Below, piece after piece: positions 39,839-52,368 of a stretch of DNA of 64,000 nucleotides. The notes beneath the pieces are model-generated. The model did no database searches. It saw only the letters and a list, made by a program, of their open reading frames with translations, and was not told the origin of the DNA. The position numbers and the translations under genes were made by a program. Each line of letters begins with the position of its first letter. The stretch's first letter is position 1. The stretch spans positions 174,964,001-175,028,000 of the forward strand of contig NC_091473.1 of NCBI RefSeq assembly GCF_036971445.1, in the 5' to 3' direction. The DNA is from Narcine bancroftii (taxonomy: Eukaryota).

Positions 39839-41240
39839 AGGAATACTTACATATTGTATTAATAACATGGAAAGTGGACACTTCATTCCATATAGTCCAT
39901 GAGAGCTCCTGGAGCCATACAGTTTTCACTGTAAGATATTTTCACCAGCTCTCCCAAAATTCCACCACTTACCTACATATTAGGGAAATTTACAGCAGAC
40001 TGATCCACCAGATGAAATGCCTTATAGATTTGGGAGGAAACCAGGCACCCATTGAAATGTCCTAACCCCAACGAGCGGTCATAGATAAGATAGTCAACCT
40101 CTACTCAATCTGAGGCAGAGAGTAGGTTTGAACCAGGCTACTGAAACTATGAGGTAGCAGATTTACCAGCTGATCTACTTGTGCAGTACTCTGTGAAACC
40201 ACTGGTGAAAGTTATATCTCACTCCAATAAGTCTATTAAAATTGGAAAAAAGAACACAATTCGCATTCATATAATTCCTGCACAAAAGCACAATCATATG
40301 CCAAGCAAAACTAACTTTACTTGCAAAACAATACTTATGACCTGACACTGACTTCGAATCAGAGAGCTCCAATTCAAAATATAAAAAAACGACTCAGCCT
40401 CCCAACTCGCTGATTTCTCACAGAACAGCAATTGCCACAAGTAATATTTGTCCAGTCATGGCCCATCAGCCCCAACCATTTCATCACCATGAGCTGACTT
40501 TGACTCCAATCCTTCTCTTTCCCTCACCAATTGTGTCAATGTGCTTCATATCTTAACCACTTTCTGCTTAAAAGCAATTATGTTGGAACTCTTAATGATC
40601 AAGTAAATCTATGTCCACTTTGCTCCATTTACACTTTATAAACATATTATGATCTTATACCCCTCAATCAATTCTCTTCTCAACATTCTTGACTCTAAGA
40701 AGGATAACCGCAGATTTTCTAGTCTGTCTTTGTAACTCATTCCAGGGACCATTCTAGCAGGAGGAGGTTAAGGGTAGAGAGCAGGCAACAAAAAAATGGG
40801 TTGTAATAAATTGGCTCTCCATTTTACACCTGGTTCAGTGAAAAGGAATAAAGGAGGATAAAGGTGCATGTGAAGGTGGAATCAAACTTTTATTGATATC
40901 TGGTTGAATATGATCTGAAACTGGAACAAGGGTGGGGACAAAGATGGTTATTGATCATCTGTAAAGGAGCCAGCTAAATGAGGGGGTAACTGATTTATTG
41001 AATTTGAATTGGTAAGGATGGTGATTAATTATATCTAGATGGGGATTTATTTGAGTGTTTACATTTTTTAATAGAGTCAGGATCAATATCACATGAAATT
41101 GATTAAGGAGTTGTCAAGTTGTGGACTCGTTAAGCTAATCTATAGCAGAATATATACAAAATGATTACTTTAACATCGAAGTGTATTTTATTTATAAGTA
41201 ATTTCCTGAACGTTAATTAGTCAAAAAATGTTTAAATATT

Positions 41241-44095
41241 TGATAGGCTCTATCAATGACTCCAAAGCCGTAGAGTGAGGAACGATATGGTTTTATTACA
41301 CTTTAGACTTGTAACTGGCCCAATTCCAAGTATTTGACTGAGACAGGGAGAGGGAGGTCCACCTTTATTCCAGGGCCACAAGGGGAGGAGTTACCAGGGA
41401 GCGAGTCACCAGTGGGGGATGGACCAGTCATCCATCAGCAGTTACATATGCACATATTTGTATCATCACATTCCCCCCTTATTTTAAAACAAAACCCCGT
41501 TAGTTAAAAGTCCTAGAGGCTCAGCTGGTCGGGTGGTCTCCTTTGCCCCTGCGACTGGCACAGTTCCACCGGTGGTACAATGGTCGGCTCCACTGCTGAT
41601 CGTGTGTCTTGAGGCTGGGGAGGGAGGGCTGGCTCCGTAGGAGGTGGGGCTTGTCTGTACTTGGGGAAGTCGTAGTGGTTCAAGCAGCTGGAGCACGATC
41701 TGGGGTGTATGGCAATGGTGGGTGAGTGTGGGTGTGGGGCAGTATGGGTATAGATTGGACCCGGGTTGAAAGGGGTGGGGAGTGGGTATGGGTTTTCGGT
41801 ATGCGCCAGGTACTGGACGGGGACCGTGTCCTCATTGCCATCTGGATACACCACATCGGCATACTGAGGGTTGGCGTACAGGAATTGCACCTCTTCAAAC
41901 AATGGGTCAGACTTGAGACCCCTCACATGTTTCCACAGCAAGACGGATTCCAGGGATGAGAGCCAGGGTGGGAGTGTGGTTCTGGTCACGACTTCCTGGG
42001 GAAAGAAACCATGCGTTCATGTAGGATTGTGTTGGTATCGGTGCATAGCAGAGATTGGATGGCCTGGAGAGCTTCCGCCAGGACTTCCTGCCAATGGGTC
42101 ACTGCCAGGCCTTTTGATTTAAGTGCCAGAAGGACAGCTTTCCAAACTGTGGCATTTTCTCTCTCTTACCTGGCCATTCCCACAGGGGTTGTAACTGGTC
42201 GTCCTACTAGTGGCAATGCCTCAAGCCAACAGGTACTGCCGCAGTTCATCACTCATAAAAGAAGACCCCCCAATCACTTTGGATGTAATTTGGGTTCCCA
42301 AAGAGGGTAAATATGCTGTGGAGTGCCTTTATGACGGTGGCTGAGGTCATGTTGGGACAGGGGATGGCAAAGGGGTACCTGGAGTAGTCAATGACGTTCA
42401 GGACATATACATCCCTGTTGGACGAGGGCAGGGGCCCCTTGAAATCAACGCTGAATCGTTTATGAGGGGCGACTTGTCGGGCCGGAAGAACTGCGATTTG
42501 CATTCTGCACAGACCTGACAGTGTCTGGTCAACGACCTGATATCCTCTGAGGAGTAGAGAAGGTTCTGGGCCTTCACAAAGTAGAACAATCTCATGACTC
42601 CAGGGTGGCAAAGATCATCGTGGATGGACTGGGGGTGGCCGAGATGCGCGCTGGCACATGTCCCCCAGAATAGGGTGTCTGGGGGTCGTTGAGCTTGCCT
42701 GACTGGTATAGGATCTCATAGTTGTAGGTGGAGAGCTCGATCCTTCAGCTCAGGATTTTTTCAGTTTTGATCTTACCCTGCAATTTGGTATTGAACATGA
42801 ACACAATGGCTCGTTGGTCCATTAGCGGGGTAAATCTCTTCCCTGTCAGGTAATGATGCCAGTGGCGTACTGCCTCAATGATGGCCTGCGCCTCCTTCTC
42901 GACAGAGGGGTGTTATGTCTCAGGACCGTGAAGGTTACAGGATAAAAAGGCTACTGGCCTGCCTGCCTGGTTGAGAGTGGCGGCCAGCATGTAGTCGGAG
43001 GCATCGCTTTCCACCTGAAACAGGATGAATTAATCCACGGCATGCATCATGGCTTTGGCGATGTCTCTCTTGATCTGGGTGAAGGCTGTCCGGAATTCTG
43101 CCAATAAGGGAAGGTTGTGGATATTACTAGGGGGGTAGGTTTATTGGCATAGTTGGGCACCCATTGGGCATAATAGAAAAAGAACCCCAGGCACCTTTTT
43201 AGTGCCTTGAGGTTGTGCGGGATCGGGAGTTCCATAAGGGGACGCATGCGGCACGACACATCCATGGAGGGCCAGGCGAGTTGTGCTAAACACACACTTG
43301 TCCTTGTTGTAGGTCAAATTGAGGGACTTGGCAGTATGGAGAAAATTGGCAAGGTTTGCGTCGTGGTCCTGCTGGTCCTGGTCGCAGAGGGTGACATTGT
43401 CTAGGTAGAGGAACGAGGCCGTCAGTTTGTGCTTGTCCAACATCTGATCCATTTCCCTCTGAAATACGGAGACACCATTGGTGACTCCGAAGGGCACCAG
43501 GAGGAAGCGGTAGAGCCTGCCATCTGCTTTGAACACGGTATACTGGCAGTCTCCTGGGTGTAGGGGTAGTTGGTGGTACACCAAGTTTAGATCAATGGTG
43601 AACACCTTGTACTGGGCGATCTTGTTGACCATGTCAGCGATCCAGGGAAAGGGGTATCCATCCAGCTGCGTGAAATGGTTTATCATATGGCTACAGTCGA
43701 TCACCATACGGGGTTTACTTCCACCCCTGACCACCACAACTTGGGCTCTCCATGGGCTGGAGCTGGGTGCTATGACTCCCTCCACCAGGAGTCACTGTAG
43801 CATCTGCTCCAGTCGCTATGAGCTTACAGTCTGGGGTCAGGTTCTCAAACAGTGGTGGTGGGGGTATGCGGAGGGTGGAGAGACTGCAGGTGGGGGCTGG
43901 CTGTGGGGGGTCTGTGAGCTGGGGATTGTATACAGTGATGGGTGTTTGGGGCCCCCTCCGAACGCCACTGTGACACTCCTAAATTGGCTTTGGAAGTCCA
44001 GCCCAAGCCGCAGAGCTGAGGCATTGACAGTAAATGGAAATTGTCATAACATTTACCCAACACTGTTAATGACCCAATACAATACTCACAGATCT
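41241..44095 (-). mobile_element. Gypsy element A: 3' part (protease end, RT, RNase H, integrase, PPT, 3' LTR)
   Basis: RT ORF 43141..43785 (SSSPWRAQVVVV, PFGVTNG, YLDNV) and integrase (SVDFKGPLP). PPT AAGGGGGGAA at 41471-41480 and LTR at 41241-41470. Confidence 0.92.
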
Positions 44096-47000
44096 CAGCA
44101 GATTGGTCCTTCTGTAGTGGGAGGGGGGGGGGGGGGGGGGTCTGACAAAAATATATTTACAAGTCTTGAGTTCGTTAGGTATGAATGTCATCCATGAGCC
44201 GTGGTGCTTTGGCTGTGTCAGGACGAGTGTGCCCAGGTGGTCCCTCAGACAGGACAAGGCGGCTTCAGGGAAATCGTCCCCAGTATCTCTGGCAGCCAGG
44301 AATCACTAGTGGTGTGCCATACACCATTTCAGCTGTTGAAATATCTACACCCTCGTTAGGAGCGGCCTGGATCCCCAGGAGCTCATCCACCCAGTTAAGA
44401 CCATTGAGTCTGGCCATGAGAGCTGCTTTAAAGTGTTGATGGAATCGCTCCACCAAACCATTTGCCTGAGGGTGGTAAGCCATGGTATATTGCAGCTAAG
44501 TACCCACGGCATTAGCAAGATTAGATCAGAGGCCGGAGGTAAATTGGGAGCCCCTGTCCTAGGTTATATGCTCTGGAACCCCAAACCTAGCCACCCAGAG
44601 GGCCCTGGCACATATTTCCGTAGAGGTCTCTGGAAATGAGATGGCTTCCGTCCATCTGGTCGACCTGACCACTAGGGTCAGTAAGTAGTGTGTGCCTCTA
44701 GATATTGGTAGGGGGCCCACCAGATCCATATGGACGTGGCTGAAACAGCATTGTGGCAGTTGAAATGACTGTGAGGGGGCTTTAGTGTGGGAATGGGTTT
44801 TCAAGGCCTGGCACTGTGTACAATTCCTGGCCCACTGGCTGACTTCTTTGCGGCGGCCATGCCAGAAAAATCGACTAGCAACTATTTTGACGGTCTTTTG
44901 ATGGTGGACTGTGCCAGGTTGTGTATGGCCTTGAAAATGCACCTCTTTGAGGGAGTGGGAATGAGCGGACGAGGCTTAACCGTAGACATGTCACACAGGA
45001 CCGTCTGCTCCCCAGGGCCAAGCTTTATGTCCTCCAACTGGAAGCTGGTAATTGCAGAGTGATATGCGTCAATGTCCTTGTCCATTGCCTGTGCTTCAGC
45101 CAGAGCCTTATAGTCAATGCTAGATGTTGAGGTGTGTACTGCCTGCAATGTGGGACGTGACAAGGCATCAGCCACCACATTGCATTTTCCCACAATATGC
45201 TGAATGTCAGTAGAAAATGCTGAAATATATAAAATGTGCTTTTGTTGCCTGGCTGACCACATGTCAAAAGCCTTAGCGAAGGCGAAGGTGAGAGGCTTGT
45301 GGTCTGTAAAAATTTGAAACTTCCTGCCCAAGAAATATTTAAAGTGTCTGATTGCCAGGTACAATGCCAGGAGTTCTCTATCAAAAGCACTATATTTCAG
45401 TTCGGGCACCCACAAATGTCTACTGAAAAATCCAAGGGGTTGCCAGTGTCCACTCACCCACTGTTAGAAGACTTCCCCTACTGCTGTGTCAGAAGCATCC
45501 ACTGTGAGAGCGGTGGAAGCATCAGCTTTAGGGTGTATCAGGAGGGCAGCGTTAGACAGGGTGTCTTTTGATGCCTGGTGCACATCGGATGCCTCTTGGT
45601 TCCACAAAATCTTTGTACTTGTCATAAGGTAGAATAAAGGTTTCATGGAGCGAGCCGCCCCAGCAGGAATCTGAGGTAAAAATTCACCATGCCGGCGAAC
45701 TCTCGTAGTCCCCTTACTGTTGTAGGCTTAGGGAATGCTCGAATAGCCTCCACCTTGCCGGGTAGTGGTTTAGCCCAGTGGCAGTCAATCCTGTGACCTA
45801 AAAAGTCAATAGAGTCTTTGCCAAACTGACATTTTGCTGGATTAATTGTCAGGCCAAACTCACTCAATCTGTGGCACAAAGGTTTGATGTGAGTGGCGTA
45901 TTCGTCACAGTCACGGCTTGCAATCAAGGTAGATGAACACAAACTTCAACTCCCTGCCCACAGCATCCATTAGCCTTTGAAAGGTCCATGCGGCATTTTT
46001 TAGGCCGAAGGGCATTCTGAGGAATTCGAACAGCCCAAACGGTGTAATAATGGCAGTCTTTGCGATATCCTCAGCGTGGACGGGGATCTGATACACCATG
46101 GATTAAGTTGATTTTGGAAAATATCTGTGCCCTCTGCAGGTTTGTGGAAAAGTCCTGAATTTGGGAAAGGGGTATCTATCCGGCGCGGTGGCTTCATTTA
46201 GCCGGCGGTAGTCCCTGCATGGTCTCCAACCCCCTGATGCCTTAGGGATCATGTGGAGGGGAAGGCCCAGGGACTGTTGGAGCGGTAGACAACGCCGAGT
46301 TCCTCCATTTTAAAAAACAACTCCTTGGCGAGGTTGAGTTTATCTGGTGGGAGGCAGCGTGCTCTGGCGTGAACTGGGGAGCCTTTTGTGAGGATGTGAT
46401 GCCTTACCCCGTGATCAGGCTCAGCGTAGTTAAAGTGCGGTATCGCGATGGAGGGGAACTCAGCTAGAATCTTGGTGAACTCATTGCTTGGACGTCACTG
46501 AGTATAGGTGGGGAGCAGTCAGTTTGGTGCCCCAGTGCAAGGGTCTGAAAGGTCTTTGGGTGTACTAGCCGGCATCTCTTAATGTCGACTAGGAAGAAGT
46601 TGACCCTCAGGAAGTCCGCCCTGAGGAGCAGCTGGTGGACGTCTGCTAAGACAAATCGCTAAGTGAAGCGGTGGTTGCTGAAATGGAGGGAGATAATACG
46701 GGTGCTGTAAGTCCGTATTGAAGAGTTATTGGCAACCCGTGACCCGCGCCCTGCCTTCTGGTGGTGTGCGTCCGAGGTGGGGGGGGGTGGTGGAGGACGC
46801 TGACCTTGGCCCCGTTGTTGACGAGGAAGCCTCAGCCTGACACTGTATTCCGGACATGGAAAAGGCTGTTGTGTAGGCCAGCTGCAGCCACTAACGACGG
46901 CCGGCATTGGCGTTTCCTGAGAACCCACAGGGTGATTGGCATCGGCGGGCCTCAGCACCAAATGCAGCTCAAAGGGGTTTGCAGGCTTGGAGGAAGACTT

Positions 47001-48079
47001 GCTGGGCAATCTGATGAGCGGCCTCCTGTTAGGCCGATGTTGATGAGATGAGGCCACACGGTCTAACGAAATGCAGGCATCCTTTTTTGCCTCCCTGAGT
47101 AGGTCGTCTCTGGTGGCTACCTTTCTGGAATCCGTGGTCCTTTCTGGAATCCGCAAAGTCCTTTCTGGAATCCGCAAAGTCCTTTCTGGAATCCGCAAAG
47201 TCCTTTCTGGGGTACGCAAAGTCCTTTCTGGGGTACGCAAAGTCCTTTCTGGAATCCGCAAAGTCCTCTTCGGCTACAAGTAGCCTGATGTCCTCAGGTC
47301 ACCTCTCCAGAAAGATTTGCTTGAATAGAGCACAAAGGGTAGGGCCATCATTCAAGGTAAGCACGTCACTCATGAGGCCGGATGGGACCCTGTCCCCCAA
47401 ACCATCCATGTGTAGCAGGCGGGCAGCGCGCTCACGCCGTGAAAGGCCGAAAGCTCCTTGATGGCCTGATACTTCCTTTGTTCCGGAAGTTTCTGGAGGA
47501 AGTCGGTAATGTGTGCTGCTGTATCCTGCTTGAGGACACTGTTCACATAGTAGAAGCGGGTGTCGTCGGCTGTGATGTTCCGTACGGTAAACTTGCTGGA
47601 ACCACACCCATGGCTGTGATATCCAGAAGTTGGGCAGCTTCAATGAGACCACGTTGATTGCAGGCTGGTTGCTCATTCTTCAGTTCCACGATGCCAGTTG
47701 GACTAGTCAGGGATCACCACCGTAGTGGCTGCTACTGCTGGAGAGGTTATGCTCAAAGAAGAGATGCACATTACAGGAGTGAATTCAACACTGATTTTTT
47801 GGGCTGGCAGTTCTGCTTATAAAGGGCTCTGATGATCCACTTCCTGGGATTGGTTTAGCACTATCTGGGGAGCGGCCAATCCGTGAGCCCTTCTCATCCC
47901 TGAGTGTAGCTGCTTTCCTGCCACTGGCCATCCCATCGGAGTGGGGCGCTGCAGCTGCGTGCTGCTGAATCGAGCGCCGACTTCGAAGTGCATAGCCCGA
48001 ATTGGCCGGCAGTGTAGGCTGCGGGCTCCCAGTGTCGGGTCGCCACTTTGAGCGTGGCGCAGTCAGATGGCCCACTACA
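44096..48079 (-). mobile_element. Gypsy element B: 5' LTR, gag, pol up to the integrase C-terminus; no 3' LTR
   Basis: LTR 47721-48079 with (T)GTAGTGG/CCACTACA ends and PBS TGGTGATCCCTGAC (tRNA-Trp-like). Gag (VSLKLPNFW), RT (KTAIITPFGLFEFLRMPFGLKNAA), RNase H (YSAFDRELLA, FTDHKPL), integrase (HMDLVGPLP, YHPQANGLVERFH). Confidence 0.93.
47121..47270. repeat. 21-bp tandem repeat x~7 inside Gypsy B gag
   Basis: ctttctggaatccgcaaagtc and ctttctggggtacgcaaagtc units. Confidence 0.95.
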
Positions 48080-50849
48080 TTAGTAACGATAAGTAACACA
48101 GGGAAATGGCATAAGTGTGTGGATCAAGAGAAATATTCCACACAAGGGTTCCATGATATACAAAGACACAAGCCACTGAAGCTCAATCATAATTATGAAA
48201 TGATATGTAATATTGTGTCGTACCAGAATTCTCACATGTGAACACTGCAAGCTCTTTTAAAAGTAACCTTCTTGGTTAGGTTACATTATTGGATATAGTT
48301 CAATATCTTCCAGAGTGAATGGATTAAATATGAAGATAACAAATGAGACCGTTAAGCATGTTTTGTGAAGGCATTCTAAAAACATAAAAAGCAAGTAAAC
48401 CGTATTAACGAAACTTGGGATGATTTGGTTACGATGGCTGTATTTACCACTTTAAATATCAAATGATGCTCCTTCCTTTACATCTGACCTGGACACTTTT
48501 AGTTGGGAAATTTTGGCATTAAGAAATGAATATCTCACCTTCAAACCAGCTAAAATCTGAGGGGAACACTCCTTCCCCAATTCAAGGGTTAAAAGAAAAA
48601 TAAAATAAAACACTTTAAAATGCCAGGAATTTCCAGGGACTCTTAATATGTGCTATTTAGAATGATGTAATGGTTTCCTATTGGACTAGTATTGTACATG
48701 GACAAGTTTCTGCTGGTGGCAAACATAGCTTTTTTGTCAAAAAATGATGAGCTCCAAATACAAGTTACTGAACTGTCAGAACCATGCAATAAAAACATCA
48801 ACTATTCAGATGTAACTCTTCTGCTGCCTGTTTATGCAATCAGGTTTTTTTCATATGGTAACTGCAAACTTAAGCTCCTTAGGTTTTAATTCATTCCATT
48901 CAACTGTCTCAATTTCTTGATCAGAAAAGAGATTGTAGATAAATCGATTATTGTATTTAATTCCATTAGTAGCAGTGATCCTAATTTCACATATTTTTTT
49001 GTCCATCATTACTAATATAAAATTGCTATTATAATATTTTTAAAAATCCATAAATTAATTCACAATTTAATTGTTTTAGTGCACTGTACTAAAACATCCA
49101 GAATTCATACCATTGACTTCAAAGAATAGTGAACTCCAAAGCAATGGACTGGTCAGACAGGTAAAATTTAATATGGAGAAATGCAATGCCACACTTTGGT
49201 GAGAAGAATCAGTGAAAAAAATAAATGATGTGCAGAGCTTGTGGAAAGCAGCAGGGAAGGCTGGGGAAGTGATTTAACAAAGCATAGAGGATATTGGGCT
49301 TCATGAGTTGAGACAGAGTACAAAAACTAGGAGATCACACTGAACCTTCAGATTTCATCCATAACTCAAATACTGGCACCACATGGAAATATGTGAAGGT
49401 TTCAGACATGACGAGGAGCTTAATGTTTCCAGCATAATGGTTCGACTGGAGAGACATTGGTTGTAATCCTTGGAGCAGAAGAGATTGATGGAGGTACTGT
49501 ATTTAAAATCAAGGACCAAAACAAAGCAGGTAGAAAGTATTTTCATTGGTGGAATCCTGGCATTAAATAGGGTTGGGAATACACTGGTTAGTGAAATAGT
49601 GGGAACCAGACTCCATTCTAACATTCAGACGATAGCTCACTAAGTATCTGAAAGGAAAGCATTTGCAGAGCAATGAGGAGAGAGCCGTGGTACGAGACCA
49701 GTTGGATTTTATTTACATAGTGATGAAATGGGTTTCATAGAATAAATGACCACCTCCTGTTCTGGAAACCATTCTGAGCTTCTATGATTACTTGGTTTCA
49801 ACGGAATAAATTCTGGAGGTCTGGGGCAAACTCTAACCCTTGGTGCTGTTGGATTTCTGGGCTATTTATCTTTATCATTTTATGCTTTCAGCATAAAATA
49901 GCAGAGTTGACACTTAAGATTCAGTTGCTACTGTATGATGATCATTCCCTTAGTTAGACAAATTGCTGATATATCTTGTAGTTGAAGCAAATTTACTTCC
50001 TCTCAGATTAACAATTTGCAGATCATTTTAAAGCTCAATGCCATGAGCATTGAAGTTTTATTCTCTACTCCATTGGAATACACATTGAGCAGCCAGAAGC
50101 AGTATGCCAAACAACAACGAGTAAAAAAAGAAGAGATCATATTGGATTATGGTGAAATATACAAATATACAGTAATTTTAAACAAAAACAGGTACCAATA
50201 TCTTTTCTTTCCACACAGAAGAATTTTTTTAAAATCAAAAGAGCAAATATCTTATAGTGAGGATCAAATATAAAATGTGGAAGGTATACAAGTTTGTCAA
50301 ATATCCAATTAAAATTAAAGAGTGAAAATAGTAATCAGGACCTCCCAGTTAGCAGCATTCGGTTAACAAGATTGATTCAGTTTAGCAATAAGAAATATAT
50401 TATTACAGTGAAAATGTTTTAGAATTTTACTCATTTAAGAGTCTAAAGATACCCTTATAATATATAGATGACTTTGGATTTTTTTTTCCTGAATCATTTT
50501 TTTGGCTAAGTAGGCATGAGATAAAATGATTACATCACCAATCATATTTGCTGCAATAAATTAAAAGAAAACTTTAAATAAAAGTACAGATTACACTTTC
50601 AACATAGTGTCTGTCACAGAGTTAAATTATTCTGCTGGCATCAAAGCAGCATTTGGACAAGGTCAGTGGAGAGTTTCTTCTGGAACTTAGCTTGGCTGAT
50701 AACTCCCCCATGTGGCTATATTCTCCCCATTGTACCTTACCCCATGAACCCAGTTCCATTTTGGTCTAATACTAATAGCTTAGGATAAATTAAAAACATA
50801 AAATTATTTCAACTGTGCCTTGTGGGTCCTTTTCTGGTGGCTTTTTTCC

Positions 50850-51470
50850 TTTTCTTTTTGAAATATTTTTATTGATTTTAATAAAGAACATATGAATAAT
50901 ACAATTCGATAAAATAGGGATAGTTACACAAAATTAATAAAACATTCAGTATATCAAAAACATATATAGATTTAAATCATATCCATAATTCATACTCCAA
51001 TACTATATATTTTTATAAAAAAGTGAATAACCAAAAGTATAAAGAAAAAAATCAAAAGAAAATAAATAGAAGAAAAAAGGAACAAATAAAAAACAAGAAA
51101 AAAATAATAAAAAGGAGAAAACTCAAGACCCCTGCCTAGCAGCGTTGCCAGATATTATACAGGATTAGTAATTAAAGAAAAGCGAAGGTAGAAAAAAAAT
51201 GTGAAAATGGAAAAGATACGAGTCAGACAATTTAATTACAGTGAAGTGAAATTATAGTGTAAGAAAGTGAGTCATAAATGACCCCCATAACTTCTGAAAT
51301 CTTGTATCCAAATTATTAACTGAATAACGCATCTTTTCCATATTCAAACAGGACCTGATGTCACGCAGCCACTGAGCATGAGTAGGCGGGGCAGCATCCT
51401 TCCATTTCAGTAAACGCGCACATCTCGCCAAAAGTGAGACAGAAGAGATAGCACGACTCTGAACCAGAGA
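50850..51470 (-). mobile_element. L1-like LINE 3' end
   Basis: Minus strand reads LLKWKDAAPPTHAQWLRDIRSCLNMEKMRYS..FQKLWGSF, followed by a T-rich 3' UTR, AATAAA and an A-rich tail. Confidence 0.8.
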
Positions 51471-51969
51471 CAGTTTTTTAAACAGATTACTGACTTTGAT
51501 AATGATGTTTTCAATTAGAAAAGAGTATTACAAAAATAACTAGTCCATTATTACATCTTTCATAATAATTAGTAAATTCAGTATTGTGCCAATAAACATC
51601 TGAAAAATCTCTGCACAGATTCAGTAGATGGATCCAATATTCAAATTTTTAGCATCTTATGATTTAGCACATTAGAAATCATTTTAACTCATATAATTAA
51701 GGAAGTAGTTTAAATTCTTTATTATCTCTCTACAAGAATTACAATAAATTGCAAGAATCATGGCAAGGATTTCATTTAAATTTAAAAGTAATTTAAGTAA
51801 TTGCTTTACTTAAAGTTTTTTTTTAAACTAGGAAGTAACATTATCACCACAAGTAAACTAAGTCAGAAGGACCATTTTTAAATCACCTGAAATGTCTGGT
51901 GTGTGAGGGATTGAAGTCCCACAATGTGCTATCACACAGGAACTCGAGCAATGACAGGCCATTTCCTTC

Positions 51970-52015
51970 ATGAGAAGGCGGGACTAGCAAGAGGTGGCAG
52001 AGCCATAAATATGAG
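51970..52015 (+). promoter_or_regulatory. Putative TIMP proximal promoter (GC box and TATA-like element)
   Basis: AGGCGGGACT at 51976-51985 and CATAAATA at 52004-52011, about 230 bp upstream of the TIMP ATG. Confidence 0.5.
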
Positions 52016-52238
52016 TGTAGACTGTGTTGAATGTGGGAAATCAGACAGCTCAGGCACAGAACCTTAAGCAAGATTATTCTGTGGTTCTAATGCTATGCAG
52101 GCTTCTATCTTCCTGTTATTCCTGCTGTAGGCAAAAGAAATTTGCTGTGACGCTCCTTTACACGGTTAAATCTGCACATAGTCTACAACCTCTGCTTAAC
52201 AGAAAGACTTGAGTGTCTGTGTGTTGCTAGAGGAGAGC

Positions 52239-52368
52239 ATGAACACCCCGAAGACTGGCTTGCTATTCTCAGTGCTATTAGTTCTGACTCTCAAGCTGCA
52301 GGAGCTCGTGGATGGATGTACCTGTCTTCCAGTTCATCCACAAGTTACATTTTGTAACTCTGATATAG
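52239..52368 (+). CDS. TIMP4: TIMP (tissue inhibitor of metalloproteinases) exon 1: signal peptide plus mature N-terminus; nested antisense in the SYN2 intron, TIMP4 by position
   Basis: ATG..GATATAG|gtaagt. Translates MNTPKTGLLFSVLLVLTLKLQELVDG-CTCLPVHPQVTFCNSDI: hydrophobic leader, TIMP C-x-C-x-P-x-H-P-Q-x-x-F-C motif, phase-1 intron. TIMP family call is firm; the paralogue name rests on synteny only. Confidence 0.88.

Noticed and set aside
43141-45457. Intact or domesticated retroviral pol genes
   Set aside because: Fragmented by many stops and frameshifts; these are decayed Gypsy elements.
50016-50130. SSQKQY peptide resembling TIMP4 exon 3 (NSQKQY)
   Set aside because: Lies upstream of exon 1 and lacks the SLCG cysteine motif; a chance match.
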